Under the pieces are notes generated by a model. It ran no database searches. It was not told the DNA's origin and saw only the letters and a program-made list of their open reading frames with translations. Shown in pieces: positions 1 to 12,323 of a stretch of 64,000 nt of DNA. The stretch is from positions 682,001 to 746,000 of the forward strand of contig LSRY02000041.1 in NCBI GenBank assembly GCA_001643675.2, written 5' to 3'. The position numbers and the translations under genes were made by a program. The stretch comes from Monocercomonoides exilis PA203. Lineage: Eukaryota > Protista > Preaxostyla. The first letter of the stretch is position 1; every line of letters starts with the position of its first letter.

Positions 1-165
1 TGAAAAAGCTCATTGAAGACATCTTAATCTTTATTTGAGTGAAAACATTTGTTTTTCAAGCAATTGTGATATTTTTTCAATTTGAATACAAAATCTCTTC
101 CTGATGATAATCTATCTTTGAAAAAACAACACCCCAATAAAAGTTAAAGTTTCAAAAATAATCAC
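1..165. mobile_element. 3' part of a degenerate copy of the GGG...CCC MITE family (truncated by window start)
   Basis: Ends ...caacaccccaataaaagttaaagtttcaaaaataatcac, matching the ends of the copies at 42780 (aacaccgaaaaaagttatgatttcaaaaattatcacc) and 43295 (ttcaaaaataatcaccc). Confidence 0.5.
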
Positions 166-438
166 AAAATATTGTAAAAATTTATCAAAAATGTTTCTAT
201 TTTATAAAACCCAAGCATTAAACACAAGCGACTTTTCAAATAGAACGATCCGAATGTTTATATCAATTTCGTTTGTGTTTTTTGAAATATGAGTTCAATA
301 GAAAAAAGGGAATGACTTCAAATCATTGCATCATTTTTAATCATACCCTCTATAAAATACAAAATATTAAGTTTTCTTATTTTTTTCAATGAACTTTGAC
401 ATGATAAATTTCGTTCAAACAAATTAAAGCTCAAATAA

Positions 439-1510
439 TTAAATTGTTTCAGATTCTTCCCCACTGGATGCTTTTTCACCATCATCTTCCGTTTTTTTTT
501 TCTCAATCGAATAAACTGTTGCATCTGTGTCATCCGTTCCAATGGATGAAATGTTGCTTGTTGCTGTTTCAGCATCATCTTCGCTTTTTTCGTTAACTTC
601 ATCGTATGTTTTTTCGTATCTCTCTGGATTATATTCAAAACATATTTCAAATAACTTCAGAATTGAAATTTTCTCTATTTTAAGCAATACAAATGCAGCA
701 ATGTGATCTTCAATGTGAGGCAGGCTGGTTCTATTATGTGACAAATACATTCTTTTCCTACTCCAGACAGCTTCTGTGTTATTTGCAAGACAATTTGTTG
801 TTTTATTTTTAAATTCCTTGCTATGATCAACTGTTAAGAACCCAAAACCTAGCTCTTGCAATTTTGAGCAGGCTTTCCAACAATCTGAATATATCATTGT
901 CCCAGGCTCAACGGTTTTTGTGACAATACAAAGAAGAGTTTTTGAATCCCTTTTTTCACTGGAATAATAAATGCTTTATTTCCCAAAGGATTTTTTTCAT
1001 AGATTCCAAATATCCAAACCTGCTTTTTGGATCTGCTCCTATGGTACTTCCTTTTCAGTAACAAACACTCATCCAATTCGACAACCTTTCCAACACCTCC
1101 TAATTTTTCTTTTTTGAGTAGTATCCCGAATAACAAGCTTGTTGGCAAATAGCAAAAATTTCCCCCGTTATTTTTTCGCCAAGGCCTGTAAGAGATCTGG
1201 CCTGAAGATGCTGAAGGCCTAAGTGAAATAATAAAACAGTTTGTAATATAAGTTCAATTTTTGCTTTTGCATGATAAAATGGAGTATTTAATAAAATAGA
1301 ATTATTTCATTTGCATTTTCTGCAGTGATAGACAAATCTTCCTGTTGGTAATGCGTAGAAATACATATCTTTGTTGCATAGTGAGCATTTTTTTGAGTTA
1401 AAAATTAATTTATTATCGAATAACCAGCGTTAACTGCTTTCACTGTTGCTAAATGTTTTAAACAAGATATGACGAGAGTTTATTTCAGTGGAATTTTCCT
1501 CAATTTCCAT
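439..1510 (-). pseudogene. Decayed Merlin / IS1595 (ISXO2-like) DDE transposase
   Basis: Joined frames give a Zn-ribbon (KKCSLC...YHCRKC), then KLGGVGKVVELDECLLLKRKYHRSR..QVWIFGIYE, PGTMIYSDCWKA, TVDHSKEF and NNTEAVWS, all ISXO2-like motifs. There are in-frame stops near 1300 and frameshifts near 1113 and 955. Confidence 0.85.
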
Positions 1511-1703
1511 TATTCTAAACAAATTATTATAACAAAAAATCCTATTTGATTTTTTTTAGTTATGTTTTTGGGACAGATCAAAAAAGATACCATGATCGAA
1601 TGGCATGCCAAAATAAGAATGAAAAAACATTATACATATTTATCAATGTTTTTCCATAGAATAAATAACTGTTGTCAGTAATGTTTCATATCCCCCTTTT
1701 TTT

Positions 1704-2629
1704 ATCGGGACCTAAAATTTCTGGATCTCCAGAGCACTTTTCGAAAAAAATAAATAATAGAAAACTTTAAATATATAATAATAAGCAATTCATGAAAATA
1801 TATTTTGGTTTTCAATTTTTGTGAGGAGATCTTGTGTTTTTTGTTTTATTTTTTTAATTTTTATTTTTTTTTTTTTTGATCAAAGACTTGCTCATATTTT
1901 CACAAGCTTTTGGTTTGAGTGTTTTGAGTGTTTTGAGTAATTTCATCGTTTATAAAATTTTCTTCTTTTGAATTTTGGTTATTTTTCATTGTTAAACACT
2001 TCCTTTTTTTATAATTATTTCCATTTCACTAAATTTTGATAAAAAAAAAAGCGAAATTTGAACTGTTTTGTTTTTATTGTTGAAAAATTGTTGAAAAAAT
2101 GAATGTTTTGATTTTCACAAAAATTATGAATCGAAAGGATGTGATTTGAAGAAAATGAAACAAAAATACACAAAAACAAAGTATTATAAAAAAAAAACTC
2201 CATCATAAAAAATAAAAGGTTATTCATCTTTTTGAATACCTTTGTATGTTAACAGTTTTCATATTTGAACTACAAAAATCATGAAAAATATTGTATATAC
2301 ACAAGAATTCTATATTTTGTTAAAAAAATCGTGAAATGGAAATAATAATAAAAAAAGGAAGTGTTTAACAATGAAAAATAACCAAAATTCTAAAGAAGAA
2401 AAATTTATAAACGATGAAATTACTCAAAACACTCAAAACACTCAAACCAAAAGCTTGTGAAAATATGAGCAAGTCTTTGATCAAAAAAAAAAAAATGACA
2501 GAGCTTTTCACAGAATTTTTATTACGAAAAAATATTTACAGGAATAGCTTATTATTATATATTTACATATTTCAATTATTAATTTTTTTCTGAAAGTTCT
2601 CGGGAGAGCCAGAAAATTTATGTCCCGAT
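1704..2629. repeat. Foldback / long inverted-repeat element
   Basis: Inner arms 1864-2029 and 2331-2495 are reverse complements with about 3 mismatches. Outer arms (atcgggacctaaaatttctggatctccagagcacttt vs aaagttctcgggagagccagaaaatttatgtcccgat) are more diverged. Confidence 0.9.
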
Positions 2630-2817
2630 TGATTTTTTGGGTTCCGATAAATTATTGACCCTATATTTGAAAGAAAATATATTTATATGTGCTCTTATGG
2701 AAAACAGAAAGTTAACAATTACACATTATCTATTGAAAGAACAAGTTAGAAATATATTTTCGTTGCATTTTCTTTCGCAAAAGAAATCAGAAAATTTTAT
2801 TATTATCAATGGCTTTC

Positions 2818-2997
2818 ATGGGACAAAATATTTTGAATTATATATTTTGTTCCACTTAATGTTTTCAAATTTTTTTTCCTTTTTTAAAGTTTTTGTGTGT
2901 TTTTTGCATAATAATTGAAGACATATAATGATGTGATGGCTGAAATAGTTTGGAACGAATCTCAATTATTTTCATAATAGAAAAAATTTTGCCCCAT
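2818..2997. repeat. Small degenerate inverted-repeat element (possible MITE)
   Basis: atgggacaaaatatttt...ttttgttcca pairs with tggaacgaat...aaaaaattttgccccat; no clear TSD. Confidence 0.4.
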
Positions 2998-4799
2998 ACA
3001 CTTTACACTTACATTAATCTTCATTTATTCTTTTTAAATAAAAAACCAATTCATTTAAAGTTTTCAAACATTATCTTTCTTATTTTTTCTATCACAACAC
3101 TTCATTATTTTATAAGGAATAATTAGAATAATAAATAATTCTTATTTGGAATTTCCTTTATTCTTCAAAAGTGCTTTTCAAAATAACAATTTATGTTTTT
3201 TTTTCAATATATTTGGGTGATTTTTTTTGATATCAAAAAAAATTCCGACGTTTGATCAAAAACAAATATTATTAAGGGTTTGGTTAACAAGAAAAATGAA
3301 TGAGATGATCATTCAAATATATTGCTTGATAAATAATAATTATTAATTATTTGTTGATTTTAATTTGTTTCCAATTGTTTTTATTTCAAATATCGAGAAA
3401 TGAAAATAATTTCAAAAATAAATATCGAAAATTCGATAAACCAAATAAAACATAAGTGAACTGGTTTTTAAAACATGTCAACAACAATCACAATACATTA
3501 TTAATCAAATTTTAATATAAAAATTTGTTTTATGATATTGTTGTTAAGAAATTTTAAAATTGATGCTAAAGATATTAAAGCATTTGTTGAAAACAAATAA
3601 ATTTCAAAGTTTAAACAACTAATTCACCGTCATCCTTTCCAGAAGTCATTTCTCCATCTAATGCATTAATTTCTGGTCCTTCTGAAATATGTGAGATTTT
3701 TGCTTTTTTTCAATTCCATCATTCTCAATTCAAATCCAATTAGCTTCTTCAGAAAATATCATCTCCAATTCTCTTCCAAATCCCTTCATCCTGGGCACTT
3801 TCCATATGAATTCGCTCTCCCAACTCGATAGCCACCCAACACAAGGAGATATAAACATTTCATTCATTTCCATTCTTTTCCACCTCCTGCCATGAAAACA
3901 ACACAAAAACATTCAACAGATAAATATTCAAATATAGAAAAATCAATAAAGACCAAACTGCCCTTCGACTGTTTTTCGCCAAGCACACTCATTCCCACAG
4001 CCATCATCATTCAAAATAAATCAATCTCTTCATTTCAGTCTCAGAATGGTCAAATTGCTGCATGGAATGCATCTCCACAAAATACATCGTGTATCTCACT
4101 GGAGAGTCTTCTCAGCCCGTACACATTGTGGTGGATGTCCAGAGGTGTTTTTTCTGTTTTTGGCATGATCATCTCCTTTAATAATATTCTCAACCGCCAA
4201 AAGAAGTATTTGATGTTTATCTTGTCAATAACATGAACATGAGGGATATGGGGCAGAGAAGAGATGGAAGAATATTATTTGTGGGAGAGGGTGGAAGTTG
4301 AGTATATTTTTGAATGTTAATATTTCGAGAGGGGCTTTTAAAAGGAAGAAATTCTGAGACAAAGGGGTGGGGAAGAGCAGGTGGAAATTCGGAGAAGATT
4401 ATATAGAAAATGTGAAGAGATGTGGTTGGAGATGATGAAGAAGGTGATTATTGTTGATTGGAGAAATGGATTTTGAAAAAAAGGAAAAGAGGGCAAAAGC
4501 GGGACAGAAGAAGAATATTCCGAAATATTCAAATGGAATAGGGGTATTTTTTTATGAGAGGAGAAGAATGTTTTATGGAAGAGAATGGGAAAGATGAAGA
4601 AAAGGAAGGGAATTGATATTTTTTGATGATTTTGGGGGTTGAATGGAAGAGGAAAAATGGAAAGGAAAGGAAATTGAGAGAGATTTACGTTTTCTATTTT
4701 TGAAGCGAAAGGAGAGAAAGTCACAGAAAGAAGACAAATGACTTTGAAGGAATCAAGCTTTTTTGATTAATAACATAACGTCAGCCATAATATTTGCAA

Positions 4800-7700
4800 T
4801 TTGGGTTTTTTTATTTCGTTGCGAAATAAACTTGTTAAATGTGGCATTGCATTCATTCGATAACATCATATGAAGTCAAGTAATCTTCGTCAGAAATATC
4901 ATTCGACAAATTTCATATTTCTTAATCATCTCTTCTCCGCATTCTCATTCGTTTTCTTCCTCATTTCCCATATCTTCTTCTTCAAATTATAAACTTCTTA
5001 TTCGTCTTCTCCTTTCCCACCAACAATGCCATATTCATCTCGTTAAAATCGTCTTCATTTCTTCTTCAATTACTTCTAATTTAATATTTCTTCTGACTAA
5101 TTGAAGGATCAAACCATAGACCTTTTGATGCATATTAGCTGTTCATTTGGCAGATTGATTACAAGCTTCTCGAATTAGATATTCACTTTTCTTTCTCTCA
5201 ACAACAACATCGTCACTGTCAACACCTTATATGGGATTGTTGGATGTGCATTTGAACAACTTTCCTCTACTTCAGCTGCGCATTCCGCTCTGCTTGGAGG
5301 TTAGAACGGCTTCCGCGAGCTAACTGTGCGGATTGGTCGAATAGATATCGAGGGGAAATGGGAGTGGGAGGAAGAAGCTGCCAGACACATCACTGTCATC
5401 CACTTGCTTTATATCACCCCGAGAAGCAAAGAGAGAGAAGTTCAAGTTCAAATGGAAGAGGCAAAGAAAGCTTCGCGAATGAGTAAATTGATCGCAGAAC
5501 AGAGGAAAGGGAGACAGCAGAAAGATCCAAAGGCGAATACAAAGACGAAGTAGAAAGATGTATTTTGCACATCGTAAATTGACGCTTTCGATAATAAACT
5601 TGCAAAGGCAGCAACAGAAAGGAGGAGAAGGGACAGGGGAAGAGGAAAAGGGGGTGATGATCAAGATGAACATCAGCAAAAATTTTGCTTATTCTACAGC
5701 GCACTCTCATGTGCTCAGCTGCACACTCAAAACGACACAGCCTCATCGATAATTGTCATCCATTCTTTTTCTCCCCTGCCACACATACGATAACCTACCA
5801 CTTCTGTTTTTGTTGTCACTTCGCCGAAGACCCTTACTCCATCGTCTCCCTCCACAGACTCCTTTTTAGTCACGTAGAAATTACTCGACATATCTTGCCC
5901 AAGCTCTGCCTCTTTATCGAACATTTCTTCTTCCTCTTCTTCTTCTCCTTCTTCAACTCCTTCCTCTATTTCTTCGTTCTCGCTACTACAGCTTGTAACT
6001 GTGCCAATCCTGCGTGCAGTTATTTGGAAGAGCAGATTGAGCAATGCAGTTGTGTTTTCAAGCAGCTGTGCGTCAACCACGAGGTTCGTTTTTGAGCGGC
6101 AGAACATCCTTCTGAACAATGCAGTGAATGCGGCTAGCCAGGGGATTCGGGCGTGTAATGATGGTGGCGAGGAGGAAGAGGAGGAAGAGGAGGAAGAAAA
6201 GGAGGAGGAAAGAGAAGAAGGAGAAGAACAAGATGAAAGCAGGGAAGAAATAGCGTTCGCCAAATAAAAAATCAATGAGAGTTGGGACGATTTCAATGTT
6301 GATTTCGGAACTTGAGCTGCAAGAGAAAGAACTTTGGAAGAGCTCGCAGATTGTGAAAGGAGAATAAGACGAGTTTGATAAAAATGAGAAAGAAGAGAAA
6401 GGGTTTTCAAGAAGGGGAGAGGAAGCCGCATTTGCAAAATTTGAACTCGTTGAAACAGAATTTGCGATGAGAAACACAATTAACTCAAAGACTGATATAT
6501 TGATCGAAAACAAAAGAAAACAGAAAACCAGATGATGCAAGCAAAGAAGCGAGTATTTTTTAAGGAAGACGAGAAAGAGAGTTAGCGGGGGTGTTAATGG
6601 AAGCAAGGTGGGGGAATTAGGTGCGAAGATACAGAAAAGTGGAAGGAATCCGAGCTTTTGATAAGAGATTATTTGCCTGCTTGTGGTGATGTTATGGCAG
6701 TGCATGAAGAGGAGAAAAATACAAAAGCTTTTTGAAAGCTGAAAAAAACAACGAATTCATTGAACAACAAGAAAATGCGGCAAATGGGAAGGAAGTGAAG
6801 CAGAGAGCAGAAGCCGAGTTAGCGCTTGTTCAGACGATGCAAAGGAACATGGTTTTGATATTGAAGGAAAAGAGGAAGAAAACAGAAGAGATATTGAAGA
6901 AATGAGAAGAAGACTTGAAAGACAGAGAAATTGAGATGGAAGAGTCAAGGAGTTTGTATAAATCAACGGTCTTTTCTTCTTCAGCCATTGAAGAAATCGT
7001 CGTTTTGTCTAATTTGAACGGGAAATAGCTTTTCTCTATTAAATCAAATGCAAAACGATCTGCATTCACAAACTTCGCAGTTTTTTCGATCTCCGCAAAC
7101 ATATTCTACCCAATTTTTGTACTGCATCCTGAAAAAGTTCTGATGAAAGATGATATTCTTCTTTTTTCAAACAATTAACCGAATGTTCTCTTCCTCCTTC
7201 AAACACGATTTTCATAATTCAACTTATTTTGCTTTTCTCAAACACTGCACCTTCAATTCTGGTTCCATTTATCATTATTCCAAACCCGCACTCCCTGCAA
7301 TCATATTTTTCTCTTCTGATTTCTCATTATTATCTCAATGACTTTCTACATCTTTGGTAAAACAGTTCTTAAATACAACAACAATTTGGTACATGCAATA
7401 AACTTAAACTTTTATTCTGCTCCATCTTCAGCTAAATTGATCCAACATCATGCAATTTGTCCTTCGCGCGCAAAACCCCATAGATTTATTGGAGCATACT
7501 TCAATCTATTCTCTATGTCGTGCTCCCTCTTGAGATGTTCCATCGCGCAATGCACTCATAAATATTAAGTGCACAATCTTCAACCTACTTTGTGAAGAAT
7601 TTTTCGTAGAGAAATATGAACATTCCAGCATCACGGTATATGAATACATCTGATTTGTCACAGCAAAAAATCGAGTTATCTTTTTAATCGACGTTACCCA

Positions 7701-8060
7701 TAAAGGCAAAAAAAGAGCTATTTCAAAGAAAAGACAAGTGAACCACACACAAAATGCACATCTCTTCTATCTCTTTCTCATTCACTCTCAAAGCAGTATG
7801 AAAACTTGGCTTCAAGAAAAACGTTTTCCAAAAGGTGATTTGTTGAAGTTGATGGCAGAGTTGAGGAATACGACGAGATTAATAGCATAGAAAGCGAAGG
7901 AGATGGATGGTGATCGTATAGGCAACATTTTGAAAAGTATGATTTGGATGAAGCGGGGCTGAAATAAAATGAAGAGAAGCAGTGGATAGTGAAGGAAATC
8001 AGAAAATTGTTTATTGTTTGAAATAGAAGAGAAAAGGCGAGTTTGAGTCAGTTGCGACAA
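4800..8060 (-). pseudogene. Fragmented coding-like region, probable decayed member of a low-complexity hypothetical gene family
   Basis: Raised GC and a chain of minus-strand ORF pieces (5727-6479, 6073-6705, 6830-7102, 7506-7748) with Ser and Glu tracts, broken by stops and frame changes. No recognisable domain; boundaries approximate. Confidence 0.35.
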
Positions 8061-8730
8061 TCGATTGTTAATTCACCAACAGTTCAAAATACATTTCCTG
8101 AAACAATTTGTCCGTACAGCTGAAACTGCGATTTGTTAATGAAGTTTTAGCTGAAAAAATAGCAAAAAACAAACAGCTTTTATTCTTTGAAAGTTATTAA
8201 TTAAATGTTTTTCCAACAATTTTTCTAGATCACTTTTAATGATGTTTTCCATAAATTAATGTTGTTTGGTAAGTTGAGAAACTTTTTATTTTCTTTTCAA
8301 GGAATGAATATTTTTTTTAAATTTTTAAAGGAAACTTGATCAAAAAATTCTTTTTCACCTAAAGCATAAAAAAGGAATGTTTTTTTTATATAACAATAAA
8401 ACACATATTAATCACAGTTTCAAAAGCTAAATATTAATGAAAAATCAAATTTTTCTCAACGATCAACATTTTCCACAATCGAATTTATTATTTCAATTTT
8501 TGATCTTTTTTTATGATATCAAAAAAAATCACACATTTCTTTTTCTTTTTTCTTTCAATTTTTCTTTTCTTTTCTTTTCTTTCTTCTTTTTTTCTTTCAC
8601 CTTTTTTTCATTTCATTTCATTTGTTTTTTTCTTTTTGAAATTTTAAAAAACTTTATTTTTTTTCGATCACATAATTCTGTTTTGAACTGAATTTATAAC
8701 AAACAATTCAGTTCGTTCGCAACAAATAAG

Positions 8731-10676
8731 ATGTTCCGATATTTCATTAATCAAATTAAAGATGCCCATAAGATTAATCTGTTTGAATCAATCATCAAAA
8801 CCAAACCAGAAAAACTGTTGAATACTAGTTGCTGATAATCAAAATAATTTTGTCCATGAAAAATTTAAAAAGCAAATGCGATAGTGGGAGTGAAGTTCAT
8901 CAAGCAGATATTTCACTTTATTCGTACAACCAACAAAAGATTGGATATGTATTGGTTTCTTCTCATTGCACAATTAAAGTGATAGAAGCTTCAACCTTGT
9001 CAAAAACTACTTTGAATGTTTCTAAGAAAATCAAAAAAACATTGAAACAGAACGACTTTTTTCTATCTGTTTCAACGATTGAAGGATCTGAACTTATTCA
9101 ACAAAAAATCTCAAATGACATGCACATTTGTTTTGTTGATGAATGCTTTGGGATGATTTGGATTTGCAAGTTACGCCAATCGGCTCTTACACTTTATGCA
9201 ACCTTTGGGAACTATCCAAGTTACACTCAATTTCGAGAAGAAATTGCCTCGAGGCTTTATGAAATCCGAAATCATGAAGAATGGAGCAAATGCTCGGATA
9301 AAGATTCCTTCATTCAAACTATTTGTCCCAAATATGAGCCATCAAATTCGCTGATTCTTTCAACAAAAAAACTCAGCATGAATCCATTATCTCAAACAAA
9401 ATTTTTTACAGGCTCGGAAGATGATGATCAATCATCAGATAGCGATGATATGCATTTTTCGAGCGATGATTTTGAGGAAGGAGAGGAAGAGGAAGAAACT
9501 ATGGAAGTCAGCGAAAAATTCAGTGAAGATCAGGAAAGAGAATCATATGACTCAAATTTGAACAAACGAGTTATTTCAGCAGTGCGTCAAAGGCAGAGAG
9601 CAGCAGAACGGATAAAGATGGACATTGAGCCAGATTATTCTGGTCAAGAGGAGGAAGAAAAGGAAGAGGAGGAAGAGGAGGAAGAGGAAGAAGAAGAAGA
9701 TGATGATGAATCTGGTTGTGAGCCATCGGGAGTGCTAGTTACAGATCCAAGAAATTTCATTGTTCCCAAAAAGTTGAAATCAAAAGTTTTAAAAGCAAAT
9801 AAACAACATTCGAATATTGTAAAGCCTTCTCCTTCTTCTTCTTCTTCTTTTTCTTCTTCTTCTTCTTCTTCCGTTTTGACTTCTTCAAGCAACAAAATGG
9901 ATATTGAAGAAGACAAAAACACACTGCTGCTGGTTGGAAAAGCCATTTCCAGTTCGTTTGTATTCCGCCAATCAGGCGCATTAGATGTCTTTTCAATGCC
10001 TCATTTAAGTGGAGCAGGCGATCTTGCTTTTGCTTCTTCTTCTGATCTCAAATATTTAGGCACATATCAGCTTCCAAGCGCTTTGGCTGAGTCTTCGATG
10101 CATTCATCGTTTTCATCATCATCATCATCATCAACTTCTTCTTCTTCTTCCTCTCCTTTCTCATCCTCTTCCCCCTCCTCTTTTTTCTCCTCCTCTTCTT
10201 CTTCCCCCTCTCTTCCATCGTCTTCGTTATTCCACACGTCGTGTGCTGTTCTGCACAATTCCAATCAGGAAATGCTCCTTTTGGATGCAAAGCACAGCGA
10301 CCGGCTGACAGGATTCGACCTTAATCAAGGCAGAGTTGTAGCTCAGTGGAGCGCCCACACAAAGAACAGCGAAGGAGAAAGCGGAGGAAAAGGAAAAGGA
10401 ATGGGAATGGGAAAAGGAACAATAAAAGGAAAAGGAATTGGAAAAGGGAGAGGAAAAGAGAATGAGAAAGATAAAAGTGAAAGGGAAGGATATACGCCAA
10501 TCAGATGGATTACAAAGAAGAAGAAGAAAGAGACTGCTGACTTTGATGCAGATGACCCAGTTGTGATTGGCGTGAATTCCAATGAGACGTTCCTTCTCGA
10601 CACCAGACTGCCTGACAGAAGTGCAGTTGTCACTGAATTTGCTGTTTCTTCCTCTCCTTTTTATTCTTCTTCTTCT

Positions 10677-10708
<32 letters not shown>

Positions 10709-11513
10709 CTTCTCTTCTTCTTCTCTCCTTCTCTATCCCTCTCGTCTTTCTTCCTCTGGATTCAGCTATGCTGCCTCCACTAACCCGATGCTCACTGTGG
10801 CAGCAGCAACTGCCGATGGCTGCGTTGCTGTGGGCTCAAAACGCGGTGTTGTGCGTCTGTTTGACGAACGGTTTGCCGGCAGAGCGAAGACACAGCTGAA
10901 TTTGGGAGGAGGAGGAGGAGGAGGAAGAGGAGGAAGGAGCGATGGGAAGAAAGGGAAGATGAGTGATCCAGTGATTGGATTAGATACAACAGCAGATGGA
11001 AGATGGCTGCTGGTTACAACGCCCACATATCTTGTGCTGGTGGACACTGTGCTGGGTTCATCATCATCATCTTCTTCTTCTTCTTCTTCCTCCTCCTCAT
11101 CCTCCTTTTCCTCTTCTTCTTCTTCTTCCTCTTCTTCTGGTCGCTTCCGCACTGTTTTCACCCACCCTCTTCCCTCATCAGAGCGTTTGGACAAGACGCG
11201 CATCCGGCTGAGGCTGAGTGCAGTAGACACAGCTGAGCTGCTTGTGCAGTGCGGGGGAATCTGCTTCACGCCGGCAAAGCTGTTTTTTGATGACAAAACG
11301 AATGAGAAGCTGATTGTGACAACAACTGGCCCCTATGTGATTGTTTGGGACATGCGAAATATTGAACGGGGCAAATATGAGAAGTATAAGTTAAAGCAGA
11401 TGGGGGATGTGGTTGTGGATGGAGACTTTGCGTGGGATGGCGCGCAGTGCAGTCTTGTTGTGGCGACGGAGAACCACTTGGTGAATGAAAGGCTGAAAAG
11501 GACAAAGAAATAG
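8731..11513 (+). CDS. VID27: Vacuolar import and degradation protein 27 (Vid27/CYPRO4-like WD40 protein); exons 8731-8780, 8873-11513
   Basis: C-terminal motifs ATADGCVAVGSKRGVVRLFD..RAKT, DPVIGLDTTADGRWLLVTTPTYLVLVDT, RLRLS, FTPAK and LIVTTTGPYVIVWD match the VID27 domain. An inferred GTTTG..AAAG intron (8781-8872) joins ATG 8731 in frame. Confidence 0.85.
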
Positions 11514-12323
11514 GAAAATTTGATTATTTCTTAAAAAAGTTAAAAAAATGTGTTTCAATATTTTTTTTTGTTTTTAATAGTTGATTTTTTTGAGGGGTAG
11601 GGGGAGTTTGAATGATTTATGCTTACAATAAAGTTCAATATTTTTTGGAAACAATTAGACAACAAAAGTTTTCTTTCCACGAAGTCATATTTGAAAAGAT
11701 TTTTTGTTTTTTTTTCTGTACATGTTTCATATTCATTTTTTCCCAATATGTTAGTGTTTCAGAAGATGTAATTTTCTTTCTTTCTTTCTTTTTTTTTAAT
11801 GCTTTAGGAATTTTGTTGTGATTTAAGTTGTGAATATCCTAATTGCGCCTTTAATCATAATCTTTGTATTATTTTTTCTTTGAAGAATTTTTTCATTAGA
11901 ATTTGCATATTTAAATTGTTGCACAAACATAAAAAAAAAGAAACATGCTTTACAAAAAAAATTCTTACATTAATTTTTTTTATGAATTCACTTTTCAATT
12001 GTAAAATAAAAAATAGAAAGTACAATTGTTGGACAAGAAAATCACATTCGTAATATTCAATCGAAGCCTCAAAATTAAACAATAAGCTATTTAAAAATAT
12101 CTATAGATTGGAGTTAAAAAAAAAGAGTGATGACACAACCATATGGAAAAAATAATGCTTTTCTATTCTTCTCCGATTTTTTTTCAATGTTGGTATGCCC
12201 ATAAGTAAATAATTAATCCGAGGTTATTTGAATTATTGTTTATTGAAGAATTAAGGAAACATAAGTTGTTGACATTTCATCATTTCTTTAAAGTAGTTAA
12301 TATTAAAGATTTTATTTAGGAAA

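Noticed and set aside
949-958. Programmed -1 frameshift at AAAAAAG in the Merlin ORF
   Set aside because: The phase (GTG AAA AAA GGG) does not fit X XXY YYZ, and the gene has other stops and frameshifts, so decay or a homopolymer error is simpler.
3215-3628. Possible further GGGTGATT-ended element
   Set aside because: The left end matches (attt|gggtgatt), but the right end is weak (aattcacc) and has no TSD.
3620-4790. Minus-strand coding-like remnant
   Set aside because: Multiple stops, no motif recognised, product not supportable.
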